DNA of 64,000 nt, from the NCBI GenBank assembly GCA_963765495.1, contig CAVXWP010000001.1, forward strand, positions 928,001-992,000, in the 5' to 3' direction. How positions within the stretch are numbered: position 1 is the first letter of the stretch; every line of letters starts with the position of its first letter. This document shows positions 62,601 through 64,000 of this stretch, piece after piece. Source of the DNA: Blastocatellia bacterium (GTDB taxonomy: Bacteria > Acidobacteriota > Blastocatellia > UBA7656). The translations under genes and the position numbers were made by a program. Under the pieces are notes generated by a model. The model did not search any database. It saw only the letters and a list, made by a program, of their open reading frames with translations, and was not told the DNA's origin.

Positions 62601-62802
62601 CTATCGGGCGAGTGACCGACACAAGCATCTGCGGCGCGGGCACTACGCCGTTGTCTATCAGGATAACTATTCTGGGGAAATCGGTCTGGGGGAAAATGGC
62701 TATGGGCAATTTGAAGGCGGCGTAAATCCCCGCGGCGCAGAGCAAGCCTACAAGGACCAGCACAGTGCGTGATTGAGTTGTTACCACCTGCGCAAGGCTC
62801 AA
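59683..62802 (-). CDS. RND efflux permease (CusA/CzcA-like)
   Basis: [41 protein letters not shown]. Confidence 0.92.
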   Translation of the reverse strand: MSLAQVVTTQSRTVLVLVGLLCAAGIYAAFKLPIAIFPQTDFPRIVILIDNGVVPAPQMLVSVTRPIEEAMNGIPGIVRIRSNTARGGAQVDLFFDWSVDILQSLQLVQARLSQLTSSLPSTSEIRQVDRLTFAVFPVTGYSLTSDTRNPAALRDLATYTIRPRLARLAGVAGVAIAGGETREYHVTVDPARLDARNVSLQQVVEAVTNANILASPGLIEENHQLELTLVSGQAQKADELKAIVVANVNNGPVTLSDIADVSEGIAPNYTIVTADGHPAVLLNVNRQPDANTVAVVDEVKAEFAAMRAQLPKDVKIAPFYDQSILVREAIKSVRDAILLGLLLSVAILYGFLRNWGTTFVAILVIPVTVLTAFLAMWLAGLSFDLMTLGGVAAAIGLVIDDAIVVVENIYTHMRRGQSKREAIHGAVSEITVPIIGSTITPVVVFLPLTLLTGVTGVFFRSLALTMAVALLTSLVLALTLTPVLAEFFVRAKRADKKQGEEAADESDRGERELSADEFEEQEQGRILGAITRRYEALLGRVLNRRSLALAICLVVVVVSYLLYRSLGSEFLPPFDEGAFVLDYTTPPGASLAETNRILQHIERMIEDSPDVESYSRRTGLELGLFITEPNSGDFLVKLKPDRKHSTEEVTDELREEIESSEPAARVEFVGILSDLIGDLTSSPEPIEIKLFSEDTAALQKKAAEVADAIEKIPGIVDVFNGIVVSGPAVTFRIDPQRAATFGVTANDIASTVTTAMTGDEASTILQQDRLISVRVVLPASERSSLDTLRGLKIRSTATGALFRLDQVADVEYDKGQTEIARDGLRQTIGVTAQLSGSDLGSAIDAIKRKLASDVKLPPGMTIEYGGLYREQQSSFAELLLALTLAVALVFITLLIEFKSFAHPVAILTGAVLALGGVLAALFITGTTLNVVSLMGMIMVVGLVAKNGILMLDAVEDHLASGDTLREALIRSGRRRFRPVLMTSLATILGMLPLALALGSGAELLQPLAIGVIGGLTVALLLSLIVTPTVYTMFYRKSDP

Positions 62803-64000
62803 GGCTTTGCTCCTCCGCCCTTCGCGCCCGGGTTTGATTTTGCGCCTGCCCCGGTTTTCGGTTCCGGCTTCGTTCCGGGATTTTTCATCGCGCCGTCTTT
62901 CACAGACGACCCCGGTTTTGACTGAGCGCCCGACTGCGTCTCTTGAGGCTGTGTCTCCTGATTTTGCCCCGGCCTCGCGCCATCGGTCGCGGGCGTTCCG
63001 GTCGAAGGCGTGCCGCCCGCAGGGGCTTCGCCCGTCGTGCCTTCATTCTCTTTTTCGTCCTCGCCTTCTTCGCTGATCTCTACCTTGCTGCCGTCGGGCA
63101 GGGCATAGTTGCCTTCGATCACGACCGTTTCGCCTTCCTTGAGACCGGATGTGATTTCGAATCGGTCGGGTGTGCGAATGCCTACGGTTACTTTGGTCTC
63201 GTGAGCTACGGATTCGTCGTCCACGACCATGACAGTGCCTTCGTCGGCGTTTGTGGCATCGAGTGTTACGGCTGAGGCGGGAACGACTAAAGCATCGGTT
63301 TCAGTGTTCGTTGTGACGATCACTTTCGCTGCGCCGTCATCGCGCAGCCGCCCGCCTTCGTTCTTCAGGCGAATCCAGATTTCGACCGTGCGATTTTGCG
63401 GATCGCTCGACCTGCTGACGAGTGATATTTGCCCGACAATCTCTTCTCCGGGCTGATCCTGCGGCAGGACTCTGGCCGGGGTGCCGTCTTTGAGTTGTGC
63501 CGTGACTGTGTCGGCAAACGGGGCTTTGACGATGACCTCGCTCATATCGGCTATGTTAAAAAGCTTTCCACCCGAAGAGGCATATTCGCCTTCGAACTGG
63601 AATTGCTCGGTGATAATTCCTGAAAACGGAGCGCGGATAGTTCCGTAACTCAACTGCGAGTTGAGCGAGGCGAGTCGCTCTTCGGCCTGCGATACGCGAG
63701 CGATGGCCGCGTCGCGGTTTGCAGGGTTTGTAGTAACTTTGTGCAGGTTGGCGGCGCTTTCGGCGAGGCGAAGCTCGTTCTCAGCCGTTGTGAGCGCGAG
63801 CTGCGAATCTTCGAGGTCTTTCTTTGAGATGCCGCCTTTTTCATAAAGCGTCAATCGTCGTTCGTAAAGCGCGCGGGCATTGTTGACCTTTGCCTGTGCG
63901 TCGCGCAGCGCCTTTTCATCCTGAGCATTGTTTTCAGGGATGGTCCCTCCGCTTAGCAGGCGAGCGTTATGACGGGCTTCCTGCAAGGCGGCTGCGGCCT
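62799..64000 (-). CDS. RND periplasmic adaptor, 5'-truncated by the window end; long low-complexity C-terminal tail
   Basis: IRAPFSGII, LVVPASAV, EITSGL..GE.VV; Gly/Pro/Lys/Glu-rich tail. Confidence 0.88.
   Translation of the reverse strand, partial: AAAALQEARHNARLLSGGTIPENNAQDEKALRDAQAKVNNARALYERRLTLYEKGGISKKDLEDSQLALTTAENELRLAESAANLHKVTTNPANRDAAIARVSQAEERLASLNSQLSYGTIRAPFSGIITEQFQFEGEYASSGGKLFNIADMSEVIVKAPFADTVTAQLKDGTPARVLPQDQPGEEIVGQISLVSRSSDPQNRTVEIWIRLKNEGGRLRDDGAAKVIVTTNTETDALVVPASAVTLDATNADEGTVMVVDDESVAHETKVTVGIRTPDRFEITSGLKEGETVVIEGNYALPDGSKVEISEEGEDEKENEGTTGEAPAGGTPSTGTPATDGARPGQNQETQPQETQSGAQSKPGSSVKDGAMKNPGTKPEPKTGAGAKSNPGAKGGGAKP

Noticed and set aside
61531-62772. 413-aa antisense ORF
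   Set aside because: Shadow of the RND permease.

Overview
This is a gene-dense bacterial window of moderately high GC. The gene content and protein style suggest an Acidobacteriota (Blastocatellia-like) genome, which is an inference. Recognisable modules are: a SUF Fe-S operon led by an orphan nuoI and trailed by an Rrf2 regulator and phhB; proC, cysK and an aroD-aroE fusion; radA-[insert]-yacL-ispD-ispF; a molybdenum hydroxylase trio next to a copper amine oxidase; a DUF885-serpin pair; an ArsR-controlled DUF2892-TolC-RND efflux unit; a CE15/SGNH plus GH35-like pair; hisA-hisF; an atypical S8 protease; lysA; an ATP-grasp enzyme; and a second RND pair truncated at the window end. The most interesting signals are non-coding. 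(1) A candidate sigma54-driven sRNA of about 135 nt (24436->24302, minus strand) has three hairpins, two of which carry the same 16-nt apical motif. (2) Palindromic elements with arms of 7-9-nt tandem repeats recur throughout. One encloses an AT-rich four-helix-bundle gene, six share a fixed-spacing core motif, one is inserted in frame in hisF, one builds a signal peptide, and some are nested. No rRNA, tRNA, CRISPR array, transposase or reverse transcriptase was seen.
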